A DNA stretch of 64,000 bases from an uncultured virus (IMG/VR IMGVR_UViG_3300047481_002482) (IMGVR_UViG_3300047481_002482); one strand, 5' to 3'. Shown: positions 49,795 to 58,023, numbered from the stretch's first letter. Numbers and translations: made by a program. Notes: generated from the sequence alone by a model not told the origin.

Positions 49795-50355
49795 ATGAAA
49801 ACAGTAGGTGAAAAGATCGAACCATTCGTGGTCACAGGTGTGAATCCCGGATCCGACAAGTTTTTTGATATCACAGAGCAGAGTTTTGCAGGCAAGTGGA
49901 AGGTCATAGTATTCTACCCCAAAGACTTCACTTTCGTGTGCCCCACTGAGATCGTGGCATACGATCGACTGTTGGCAGATTTCGAGGATCGCGATGCCGT
50001 GTTGCTCACAGGTAGCACAGACAACGAGTTCTGCAAGCTAGGCTGGCAAGCCTCGCACGAAGACCTGAAGAAAATCCGCCACGTCCAGTTCGCTGACACC
50101 CAGCGTGGTGATCTCAGTTTAGTGGATCAACTGGGTGTGTTCTTCGCTCCGGCAGGTGCCGCCCTTCGTGCCACATTCATCATCGATCCCGAAGGCGTGA
50201 TCCAGCATGTCACAGTGAACAACCTCAACGTGGGCCGCAGTGCCGAAGAGACGCTCCGTGTGCTGGATGCTCTCCAGACCGGTGAACTGTGCGAGTGTAA
50301 CCGCCAAGTAGGTGCCGACACCCTGGAAACCAAGAAACCTAAGAAGGCAGCATAA
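49795..50355 (+). CDS. ahpC: Peroxiredoxin AhpC
   Basis: FYPKDFTFVCPTE, RATFIIDP, GR...E.LR.LDALQ...LC. Confidence 0.97.
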   Translation: MKTVGEKIEPFVVTGVNPGSDKFFDITEQSFAGKWKVIVFYPKDFTFVCPTEIVAYDRLLADFEDRDAVLLTGSTDNEFCKLGWQASHEDLKKIRHVQFADTQRGDLSLVDQLGVFFAPAGAALRATFIIDPEGVIQHVTVNNLNVGRSAEETLRVLDALQTGELCECNRQVGADTLETKKPKKAA

Positions 50356-50867
50356 TGCAGTGGGTAGACCAACTCAAAGAAGGCCTGCCCGACTACGCCA
50401 AAGATACTCGCTTGAACATCGATGCAGTGGTCAAGCGCAGTACCTTGGCGGCAGAAGAAGCCGAAGCAGTGGCCTTGGCTGCCGTGTTCGCCACGGGCAA
50501 TACCAAGCTATGGATCTGGATCCAGAGCCAGCTGGCGGATCAGAAGGAAGCTGAGGCCGCGATCACTGCCGCAAGTTTGATGGCCATGAACAATGTGTGG
50601 TATCCCTATGTGGAAATGGCAGAAGATGCCAATCTACAAGGACTGCCTGCGCAACTCAGGATGAATGCCATCGCCACGCATGGTGGGACTACTAAGGCTC
50701 GTTTCGAAGCCTATAGTTTGGCTGCTAGTATCGTAGGCCGGTGCCATTTCTGTGTGAAAGCACACTACGACACCTTGAAGGCAGAAGGTTACACTGTGGA
50801 GCAACTTCGCGACATTGGGCGTATCTCGGCCGTGATGACCGCAGTGAGCCGTGTGATGGCTGGTTGA
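50355..50867 (+). CDS. ahpD: Alkylhydroperoxidase AhpD
   Basis: LPDYAKD..LN, MAMNNVWY, S....CHFCV..H. Confidence 0.95.
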   Translation: MQWVDQLKEGLPDYAKDTRLNIDAVVKRSTLAAEEAEAVALAAVFATGNTKLWIWIQSQLADQKEAEAAITAASLMAMNNVWYPYVEMAEDANLQGLPAQLRMNAIATHGGTTKARFEAYSLAASIVGRCHFCVKAHYDTLKAEGYTVEQLRDIGRISAVMTAVSRVMAG

Positions 50868-50907
50868 TTTTCGTTCCAGGACAGGGTATAAGGTTGACAT
50901 ATTATAT

Positions 50908-51867
50908 CTAGCGAGATAGTTCGCTGGTAAGGTATTCCATAGTTTCTTTCGCTGTGCGGATACGATCTACATATTTGATTGAAGGGCCTGCCATGATCAG
51001 ACCCTGCTCGCCATCGCTGTGTATTCCTGTGTACAAAGCCCGAGAATGATTGGCATCGTCGAACTCATCCATCACACTGTCGTCGTCGAATACCAGAGCA
51101 TTTTGTTTGATTTTGTGTATCCCTGCACGATCGCCAATTTGTTGTACCGATTGTGCTTCAACCATTTTTTGTTTTACAGCCATAGTCAATGGGCTTTCTA
51201 CACAGGCAGCAAACAAAGTACCCACTGCCACTGCAGGAGCACCGGCGTCAATGTAATCTCTGACCTGTTGAGGAGTTCCTATTCCGCCATGAGGAATGGT
51301 GTTGGTGGTAAATTTGATCTGTTCGGCAAAAAATTCATGCACCGGTAATTCACCTTGCCCTCCAGCACTGTCTGAACCTTTGAGGCTCACTGCACTCAAC
51401 ACCTTTATTTTTTCAGTAGAACTTGGTTTCAAGAGCCTTCCGATAACATGACTGAATGATCGTAGATATTTGATCCCCTGGAATATCATCGGATCTTCCA
51501 AAAGCTGACTAGCACATATCTGATCACCTTCCCATCTTGGGAAGATGTCCCAATGACTGATCCTAAGATCCTTGGCCATTTTCAAGAATTCCGGATACAA
51601 AACATATTTGGCGGATATAGGCACCACGCAATCGCTGTCGCCTTTGGATTTGATAAAATCCATGAGTCCAAAATACATAGGATCAAAATCAATTTCACGG
51701 AAAGGGAGTGGACTGTTGCGCAAGGGTCTTGTATGATTAAAGGCGGGGTTAACAGACAAACTGGGAAATCCGCCTGCTTCATGCACAGCGAGAGCCAGTT
51801 TTTTATCACTACCAAGATTCATGCCGGCCAGGACTATGGGCCAATGACTGTTGAAAAGTTTGCTCAT
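50908..51867 (-). CDS. Nitronate monooxygenase/FabK-like flavoenzyme
   Basis: PI..AGM, LA.AV..AGG, GGIG, GA.AV.VGT.F....ES. Confidence 0.75.
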   Translation of the reverse strand: MSKLFNSHWPIVLAGMNLGSDKKLALAVHEAGGFPSLSVNPAFNHTRPLRNSPLPFREIDFDPMYFGLMDFIKSKGDSDCVVPISAKYVLYPEFLKMAKDLRISHWDIFPRWEGDQICASQLLEDPMIFQGIKYLRSFSHVIGRLLKPSSTEKIKVLSAVSLKGSDSAGGQGELPVHEFFAEQIKFTTNTIPHGGIGTPQQVRDYIDAGAPAVAVGTLFAACVESPLTMAVKQKMVEAQSVQQIGDRAGIHKIKQNALVFDDDSVMDEFDDANHSRALYTGIHSDGEQGLIMAGPSIKYVDRIRTAKETMEYLTSELSR

Positions 51868-52005
51868 TTTATTATGCAAATCAATGCTACTTACCATCCA
51901 GATGCTCCGTGCAAAAAATTCAGCCAGTCCTTGGGTCTGGATTTTTTTTCGTGATAGAAAAACAATTATAATTAATCTAACAGTATACTACAAAAGGAAC
52001 TAATT

Positions 52006-53454
52006 GTGAACACTTTTCCCATATTTGATTCATCCGTGGGCTGGATGATATTGGCTATCTATGCTGTAGTCGTGTTTTCATTGACTGTCAAATTTGTGCG
52101 CGGCTATGCAACAGACAAGACCAGTTTTTTATTGGCCAGGAGAGAACTTGGTACACTCTCGGGAGCTCTCAGCATCGCGGCAGTCTGGACCTGGGCACCG
52201 GCCATGTTCATATCTGCGCAGCTGGCTTACCAAAACGGCATAGCTGGCCTATTTTGGTTTACCATCGGCAACTTTCTCACCCTGATAGTGTTTGCCTGGT
52301 TCGCAAGGCGTTTGCGAGAAAACCAACCTCTTGGATTTACTCTTTCAGGGTATGTGAAACACAAATTTGGTGAACGAGTTCAATCGTTGTTTTTGATTGA
52401 AAGCAGTGTGTTAGCAATCTGCGCGGTCGCCATCAATGTGCTGGCTGGCAGCAAGGCCATTGAAACTATCACAGGCATGAGTTATCATGCTGCTAGTGCG
52501 GTATTGACCTTGTTGGCATTGGCATACGTGCTACGGGGTGGACTCAAAGCCTCTGTCGTGACTGAAATTTTCAAAATCACCATACTGTGGATTGGTATTG
52601 CGATTCTGGTGCCATGGGCCTGGAACGCCGGCGGCGGTATCGATTCCGTGATTGCAGGCCTGGGTGGTATCACCGGCCAGGGCAACAGTCTATTTGGGAA
52701 CGATTTCGTGTTAGGAATTTTCATGGGCATGGGTTTGAGTACCGTGCTGGGACATCTTGGTGCGCCTTGGGCAGACAACAGCTTTTATCAAAGAGCTTTC
52801 AGTATCAAGCAAAACAGCATCATTCCAGCATTCATTTTTGGAGCACTAATATTCCTGTTTATTCCTTTGACGATGGGCAGCCTTGGATTTCTGGCAGCTG
52901 GCACCGGACTCGAAATCGCCAAGGATGCAGTGGGTATGACTGCTATCATAGCAGTAGGATCGGTATTGCCAAGCTGGACCTTGATTGTTCTGATATTCAT
53001 GACCTTTGCGGGTTTGGTCTCAGTGATAGACGGACATCTCAGTTCGGCGTCGTCCATCGTTGGACACGATGTCAGGTCAAGATTCCGAGATAAAAATGAC
53101 GAACCCAGCACAGTGACCTGGGCTAGATCGGGCATGATAGCTGTGGCCGCCATTGGCCTGATTATTGCTAATTGGCCTGGAATGACCTTGCTCACGATCT
53201 TTCTGTTCTTCGCAGTAATGCGTGCCACTGTTTGGTGGCCAATGATGTTGCACCTGGCTAGGCCGGCTCTACTAAACGAACGAGGGGTGTTCTGGGGAAT
53301 CCTATTGGCATTTTTGATTGGCATGCCAATATACCTCTTTGGTCAGTTTGTTGGTCAAAAAGATCTTATAATGATTGGTACATTGACAGCGGTGTTTGGT
53401 AGTGCTGCGCTCAGTCTACTCATAACCAAACTAACCAGCAACACAACAAAATGA
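52006..53454 (+). CDS. Sodium:solute symporter family transporter
   Basis: Highly hydrophobic; SIAAVWTWAPA, GG.KASV.T, D..F.QRAF. Confidence 0.85.
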   Translation: MNTFPIFDSSVGWMILAIYAVVVFSLTVKFVRGYATDKTSFLLARRELGTLSGALSIAAVWTWAPAMFISAQLAYQNGIAGLFWFTIGNFLTLIVFAWFARRLRENQPLGFTLSGYVKHKFGERVQSLFLIESSVLAICAVAINVLAGSKAIETITGMSYHAASAVLTLLALAYVLRGGLKASVVTEIFKITILWIGIAILVPWAWNAGGGIDSVIAGLGGITGQGNSLFGNDFVLGIFMGMGLSTVLGHLGAPWADNSFYQRAFSIKQNSIIPAFIFGALIFLFIPLTMGSLGFLAAGTGLEIAKDAVGMTAIIAVGSVLPSWTLIVLIFMTFAGLVSVIDGHLSSASSIVGHDVRSRFRDKNDEPSTVTWARSGMIAVAAIGLIIANWPGMTLLTIFLFFAVMRATVWWPMMLHLARPALLNERGVFWGILLAFLIGMPIYLFGQFVGQKDLIMIGTLTAVFGSAALSLLITKLTSNTTK

Positions 53455-54035
53455 CTACCGACGATCAAACTTTTTTCTGGGGTGGAGACGCCAAATTTGC
53501 AGTGGTGCAGCGCAATAATGGCAGGATCTGGATGATCGATGACAGGATCCCTTACCTATCATCCATACCTGCAGTGTTTCAGAGCAAGATTCCGTTGATG
53601 CTGCTGGATATATCCACTGTCAAAAACAATCGGAACTCAATCATTGACAATAGCTGTTGTTACAACTGGACGATCAAGTTCCAAGATCAACAGGTGCCAG
53701 TGCCCATGAAAAAACTCAGCAGCCGTTGGGTTGATTACGACAAGGTTTATGTTTGTTCCGAAAATTCAGTATTATCAGAGCATGTACATGATGCAGATCC
53801 AATCGAGATCGATCTACGCCGGCAGCTCTTCCTGTATTACAATCTAGTTCGCGATGCATATCATTACTTTGATCAACCCGGCTCCGACCTCGCCACGATC
53901 ATGACAACAATGTGTGAAATCTTCGGATCTAATCTTTACATCCAGGACATATATGAAGCATTGGTCTACCATAGACGAGATATGTTCCACGACCGGGTAC
54001 TCAAATACATAGAAAGGGATCTCAAATATGCATGA
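53451..54035 (+). CDS. Hypothetical protein
   Basis: 194 aa; ATGA overlap. Confidence 0.65.
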   Translation: MTTDDQTFFWGGDAKFAVVQRNNGRIWMIDDRIPYLSSIPAVFQSKIPLMLLDISTVKNNRNSIIDNSCCYNWTIKFQDQQVPVPMKKLSSRWVDYDKVYVCSENSVLSEHVHDADPIEIDLRRQLFLYYNLVRDAYHYFDQPGSDLATIMTTMCEIFGSNLYIQDIYEALVYHRRDMFHDRVLKYIERDLKYA

Positions 54036-55179
54036 CATAGTGTATGTGAACTGGACTCTGATCAAAATGTATGATTGGAACCTGCTGGACAGCCAAGATC
54101 TGCTGCCAGAAGTGCGAAAAGCCCTTGAACTCTCAGATCTGCCCAATCTAGAAGGTTATCTTTTTGATAGACATCGCAAGATCAGTGTTGGCCCTATCAA
54201 ATCGAACAAGACAGCCCCTTATGTCGTGCCACCGTTGCCTGATCGTGAACTGACGTTTTCTCATTGCCTAGACGAAGTCGTGACAGAGATATTGCACACG
54301 CACAAAAATTCTAAGATATATCTGGCTTGGTCTGGGGGCGTAGACAGCACCACATTGGTGTGCGCTATGCTGCGTAATGCCACCAAAGACATGTTGGATC
54401 GTGTCACGATACTTTGTTCTAATGACAGTGTGCTGGAAAATCAATATTTTTTTTATAGGATCATCAAGCCCATGTTGCAGGTGGCCGACATCAATGAATT
54501 CAAGATCGACAGCCAATTTGTTAGCAACGGTTCAATTATGATGGACGGAGAATGTGGCAACCAAATCAATCTTGGATATTGGACATATGATTTGATATCA
54601 TCTGACCAGTGGGACTTGCTCGAGGCCCCGTTCAAAGATGCACCGTTGCACAAAATAATGGGTGTTGATGCTAACAGTCCTGGACTAAAAAACTTACAAG
54701 AAATTCTATTTGACAGCGCAGAATCTGCTCCGGTGGACATAAAAACAGTGTACGATCTGGCCTGGTGGAGCAATTTCAATTTCAAGCTGGACTATGTGAT
54801 GTATCGTAAAGCCATGCCGACTTACACTAAGCATTTGACCCAATCCGAAACCAAAATATTTTTTGAAAAAAACCTGGTGCATGCTTACGCTCATACTTTG
54901 ATGCAACAGTGGGCAATGTCCTCTTTGTTGCAAAGGAGAACATTCGATCGATCAAAGACCGCAAAGTATTTCCAGAAAGACTATATCTATCAGATTGATA
55001 AAAATCCCTACTATTTCCGGTTCAAGCCAGAACAGAGCAGCATGGCAACATACTATACCTGTTATGGTAAAGGAATTCCTACGATGTCGGATCTGTTCGC
55101 GGTGACTGACTCATTCAAGAAACTGTCTTTTTTTAATGCGGAGGACCGCCAAACATTGAAGAAATGGTTATTCGGATAA
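54028..55179 (+). CDS. PP-loop ATP pyrophosphatase (asparagine-synthase-like)
   Basis: WSGGVDST, GECGNQ. Confidence 0.7.
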   Translation: MHDIVYVNWTLIKMYDWNLLDSQDLLPEVRKALELSDLPNLEGYLFDRHRKISVGPIKSNKTAPYVVPPLPDRELTFSHCLDEVVTEILHTHKNSKIYLAWSGGVDSTTLVCAMLRNATKDMLDRVTILCSNDSVLENQYFFYRIIKPMLQVADINEFKIDSQFVSNGSIMMDGECGNQINLGYWTYDLISSDQWDLLEAPFKDAPLHKIMGVDANSPGLKNLQEILFDSAESAPVDIKTVYDLAWWSNFNFKLDYVMYRKAMPTYTKHLTQSETKIFFEKNLVHAYAHTLMQQWAMSSLLQRRTFDRSKTAKYFQKDYIYQIDKNPYYFRFKPEQSSMATYYTCYGKGIPTMSDLFAVTDSFKKLSFFNAEDRQTLKKWLFG

Positions 55180-55204
55180 GGCGTGATAAGTTACAAAAAA
55201 ACAG

Positions 55205-55233
55205 TTGACAAGGTATAAATAAACCTATACAAT
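55205..55233 (+). promoter_or_regulatory. Composite promoter of tRNA operon (sigma70 plus TATAAATA)
   Basis: TTGACA-N17-TACAAT with TATAAATA at 55214-55221. Confidence 0.85.
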
Positions 55234-55240
55234 AGACACT

Positions 55241-55372
55241 ATGATGACTCAACAATTATCACCCATATCGATGCATTTGCCTAAGATGCTAGGTTGCCAG
55301 ACCACATGGTTTGGATCCCTATCAGTCTATCTCCAGGCGATCGAGAACAGTGATAGTGGAGGGTCCGAGTAG
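55241..55372 (+). CDS. Putative leaderless leader peptide, 43 aa (MMTQQLSPISMHLPKMLGCQTTWFGSLSVYLQAIENSDSGGSE)
   Basis: ATG 7 nt after the -10 box; last codons overlap the antiterminator arm. Confidence 0.6.
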   Translation: MMTQQLSPISMHLPKMLGCQTTWFGSLSVYLQAIENSDSGGSE

Positions 55373-55433
55373 ATCAAGTTGTAACTAGATTTTATCTACA
55401 AGGACCCTGGATCGAAAGATACCAGGGTTTTTT
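55360..55433 (+). terminator. Attenuator: terminator 55403-55433 with competing antiterminator 55360-55408
   Basis: GACCCTGG-atcgaaagata-CCAGGGTT-TTTT; AGGGTCC 55360-66 pairs with GGACCCT 55402-08; GTAGAT/ATCTAC extends that helix. Confidence 0.75.
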
Positions 55434-55578
55434 GTTATACGCCAGGCAACGAGGGCCAAGTCAGCGTACAATAAAAAGACGAACGGGCGGAGTCCAGGAT
55501 GAAGTCTCTCTTGTGAGACGAAAGATTGGCAGGCAGGGGATGGCCCTGCGATATGGCAGCCACGAGAGTGGCTCTATA

Positions 55579-55683
55579 TTTGAACACATTACTCTCAGCA
55601 ACAACGAGCATCCGCGGAGAGGACACGATCAGGCTCGATTCGAATCGAGGCTGCACGGTCGCCGACTCAGTAGTGTGTTCAAA
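55579..55683 (+). ncRNA. Candidate ncRNA closed by 15-bp stem within tRNA array
   Basis: TTTGAACACATTACT / AGTAGTGTGTTCAAA; internal CTCGA-TTCGAA-TCGAG hairpin. Confidence 0.5.
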
Positions 55684-55686
55684 CAT

Positions 55687-55775
55687 GGTTCCTGTTCCTC
55701 GCGATGGTCTGTAAAACCGTTGCCTTTAATATGCGGGGTGGCGGCAGTTAGGTTCGATTCCCTGATCATCCACCA
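55687..55775 (+). pseudogene. Degenerate/chimeric tRNA-Tyr(GTA)-like element
   Basis: Anticodon arm GATGGT-CTGTAAA-ACCGTT, GGTTCGATTCC, terminal ACCA, but no acceptor stem or D-arm. Confidence 0.55.
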
Positions 55776-55782
55776 GTTTCAT

Positions 55783-55860
55783 GCACCGTTCGTCTAGCTG
55801 GTCAAGGACATCTCCCTTTCACGGAGAAGATCAGGGGTTCGAATCCCCTACGGTGTACCA
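55783..55860 (+). tRNA. tRNA-Glu(TTC)
   Basis: Full cloverleaf GCACCGT/ACGGTGT, TCTCC-CTTTCAC-GGAGA, CCA. Confidence 0.95.
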
Positions 55861-55866
55861 GTTCCG

Positions 55867-56236
55867 GGTGCCAAAGTGTTCATGGACGCACACTTTTAAA
55901 AAACTGTAAGCTAATTTTTAAGCTCTGCAGGACCCATTTCGTGATAAGTACCTGATGCCGCGCATACATCAACTGCTGACTCTCTTGCCCATGCCTCTGT
56001 TTGTCATAGGATTTATTCTGTCCCTGCTCTCTCCGCAGTCTATCTGCACACAGTTTCCCTATGAAATGACCATAATGTGGGCTGTAATGGCCCTGGCACA
56101 CACATCACCTTGGCTGTTATTCTATCAACAGCACTTTGCCCGGAATGCTTAGACAGCAGTGATAACTGCCCTGTAACACTGCCCAAGAGAGCCTGTCACG
56201 CTGGAAGAAGGGGATCGTTACCCCTTGGTACCGCCA
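55867..56236 (+). pseudogene. tRNA-Asp(GTC) split by ~295-nt insertion (5' part 55867-55894, 3' part 56190-56236)
   Basis: GGTGCCA and D-arm GTGT/GCAC upstream; AGC-CTGTCAC-GCTGG, T-arm and TGGTACC-G-CCA downstream. Confidence 0.8.
55955..56152 (+). CDS. Small two-TM membrane protein inside split tRNA-Asp
   Basis: 65 aa, two hydrophobic stretches; TAAGTA just upstream. Confidence 0.65.
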   Translation: MPRIHQLLTLLPMPLFVIGFILSLLSPQSICTQFPYEMTIMWAVMALAHTSPWLLFYQQHFARNA

Positions 56237-56242
56237 ATGCAA

Positions 56243-56317
56243 GCCCTTGTAGCTCAGCTGGCAGAGCAGCGCACTCGTAATGCGTGGGTCGGGAGTTCGA
56301 TCCTCTCCGGGGCACCA
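56243..56317 (+). tRNA. tRNA-Thr(CGT), acceptor stem one nt short on 3' side
   Basis: GCGCA-CTCGTAA-TGCGT; GGGAG-TTCGATC-CTCTC; CCA. Confidence 0.82.
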
Positions 56318-56322
56318 CACAT

Positions 56323-56397
56323 GTATCGGTAGTGTCAACGGTAGCACGGCAGCCTCCAAATCTGCTTGTGAGGGTTCGAATCCTTCCCGGTACGCCA
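56323..56397 (+). tRNA. tRNA-Trp(CCA)
   Basis: GTATCGG/CCGGTAC, loop CTCCAAA, G73, CCA; C-U mismatch at 31-39. Confidence 0.88.
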
Positions 56398-56411
56398 ATT
56401 GTAGTTGACTT

Positions 56412-56489
56412 AGTGAGGTGGCCGAGTGGTCCAAGGCAACCGGTTGCAACCCGGTAAAATCGTGAGTTCGAATCTCACCCTCACTTCCA
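56412..56489 (+). tRNA. tRNA-Cys(GCA)
   Basis: AGTGAGG/CCTCACT, ACCGG-TTGCAAC-CCGGT, U73, CCA. Confidence 0.95.
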
Positions 56490-56624
56490 TTTTTTTATTA
56501 AGGAGAAGATCATGACCCAGGAAGAACGCTGGCAGTGGATCTAAGACAATGTGCAATGATCTCAAAGCAATTGACATCTCATATGATCAATGCTAGAATG
56601 TTGTTTTAATTATTGGAACATGAA

Positions 56625-56861
56625 ATGGCACGAATATCTAGCGAAATTGCCGCCCAAAAGGTCGGCCGGTATGATCTTATCCTTATCGGTGCTCGCAGGG
56701 CCCGAGAGCTCAATCGCGGATGGCGACCCACCGTATCCGGTAACAACGGCATAGTGGTCACTGCCATCCGCGAGATCGAAGCCGGCACGATCGGCCGAGA
56801 TTATCTCTTGAAGCCACCTAATCTGGATCGCAGAGAGCGACCGCCAGAATCGGATCGATAA
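56625..56861 (+). CDS. rpoZ: RNA polymerase omega subunit homolog
   Basis: MARI.......V.RYDLILI.ARRAREL, V.TAIREI..G. Confidence 0.85.
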   Translation: MARISSEIAAQKVGRYDLILIGARRARELNRGWRPTVSGNNGIVVTAIREIEAGTIGRDYLLKPPNLDRRERPPESDR

Positions 56862-57079
56862 TCCATGGTCAAGCCTGTGAGCGAAAGCAGGCCAGCCACC
56901 ATCCCAACTGTGAGGGAAGCACTACCACCCTGGGCCTCTGTAGCCGCAATAGGCCGCGCTCCATGGCATGGAGATGAACACGCATCAGGGGATCGCGAGG
57001 CTGGGTTGGTAGCCCAGCAAAGGCCGGTTGGGCCGGCATCGTGGATCTTAAACACAGCACAGTGGGTTTGACCATGGAT
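56861..57079 (+). ncRNA. Candidate ~220-nt structured ncRNA
   Basis: 16-bp closing stem 56861-76/57064-79; inner helices CCCAACTG/CGGTTGGG, CTACCA/TGGTAG, CTCCAT/ATGGAG. Confidence 0.6.
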
Positions 57080-57234
57080 CAACGGTGATGCCGTAACGCG
57101 CCTTGTAAGCCAGCCTCTCATCGCCATGACATATATACAGAACATGGATCAACAGCGATGTAAGGGCCTGCAACGCCCGCAGGTGTGTTAGAAACATCGA
57201 CCTCTCGCTGCCATGCCCCAACCCGGAGATCGCA

Positions 57235-57396
57235 ATGAGCATAAAAGGACTGAAAGAAGCACTGGCCCGTAAACAGGCACAACAAAACCCAGACACCAAA
57301 TCCACGGAAGGTGCTGAAGTCAAGGTAACTGCTACCACTCCTGTGCGGGTAGGTGGCAGCAAGCCGCAGAAAAAAGTTACTGGCCGAGGTCGATAA
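57235..57396 (+). CDS. Small basic protein, 53 aa (MSIKGLKEALARKQAQ...TGRGR), not in track
   Basis: GGAG RBS; Lys-rich. Confidence 0.7.
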   Translation: MSIKGLKEALARKQAQQNPDTKSTEGAEVKVTATTPVRVGGSKPQKKVTGRGR

Positions 57397-57417
57397 CACA
57401 ATAGAAAGGAGGGCACG

Positions 57418-58023
57418 ATGCCAGCAGTATGGTTAGTATCAGACACACATTTTGGTCATGCTGGCGTTTGCCGATTCACCCGAGATGATGGTAGCAAACT
57501 CCGTCCGTGGGACGATCCTGCGGAGATGGATGAACATCTCGTGCGTGTGTGGAACGAGCGTGTGAGGCCGCAGGACAAAGTGTATCATTTGGGGGACGTG
57601 GTGATCAACAGAAAGGCCATGAAAACTCTAGGTCGACTCAACGGAGACAAGGTCCTGATCCGTGGCAACCACGACATCTTCCGAGACGATGAGTATCGTG
57701 AGTACTTCCGTGAGCTGCGTGCTTACCATGTGATGAACGGAATGATCCTGAGCCACATACCGGTGCATGAGGCCAGCCTTGGCAGATTTGGTACCAACAT
57801 CCATGGCCACACACACTATCAGCGTGTGAAACGGGCTCATGGTGTAGATGCACGCACCGGCGAAATGTTGTACTCAGACGAGATCGATACGAGATATCAT
57901 TGTGTGTGCGTGGAGCAACTTCCAGACTTTGCTCCTATCCTGTTTGAAGATGTGATCCGGCGTATCGAGACCGAAGGTGGCACCGTGGGGTTCCGCAGCG
58001 GCAATGGTCCCATGGTGGACTGA
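57418..58023 (+). CDS. Calcineurin-like metallophosphoesterase
   Basis: SDTHFGH, LGD, GNHD, SH.P, HGHTH. Confidence 0.92.
   Translation: MPAVWLVSDTHFGHAGVCRFTRDDGSKLRPWDDPAEMDEHLVRVWNERVRPQDKVYHLGDVVINRKAMKTLGRLNGDKVLIRGNHDIFRDDEYREYFRELRAYHVMNGMILSHIPVHEASLGRFGTNIHGHTHYQRVKRAHGVDARTGEMLYSDEIDTRYHCVCVEQLPDFAPILFEDVIRRIETEGGTVGFRSGNGPMVD

Noticed and set aside
54028..55179. QueC assignment (also for 59660-60793)
   Set aside because: SGGxDS is present but the proteins are much longer, lack the C-terminal Cys zinc cluster of QueC and are far from the que genes
55495..55525. Hammerhead ribozyme
   Set aside because: GGATGAA-stem-GAAA resembles the core but lacks CUGANGA, and I cannot build stems I and III
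55432..55797. Track ORFs across the tRNA leader
   Set aside because: They overlap terminator, structured RNA and tRNA sequence; no RBS or protein-like features
56512..56544. 10-codon ORF MTQEERWQWI after strong RBS
   Set aside because: Too short to support; probably a gene remnant
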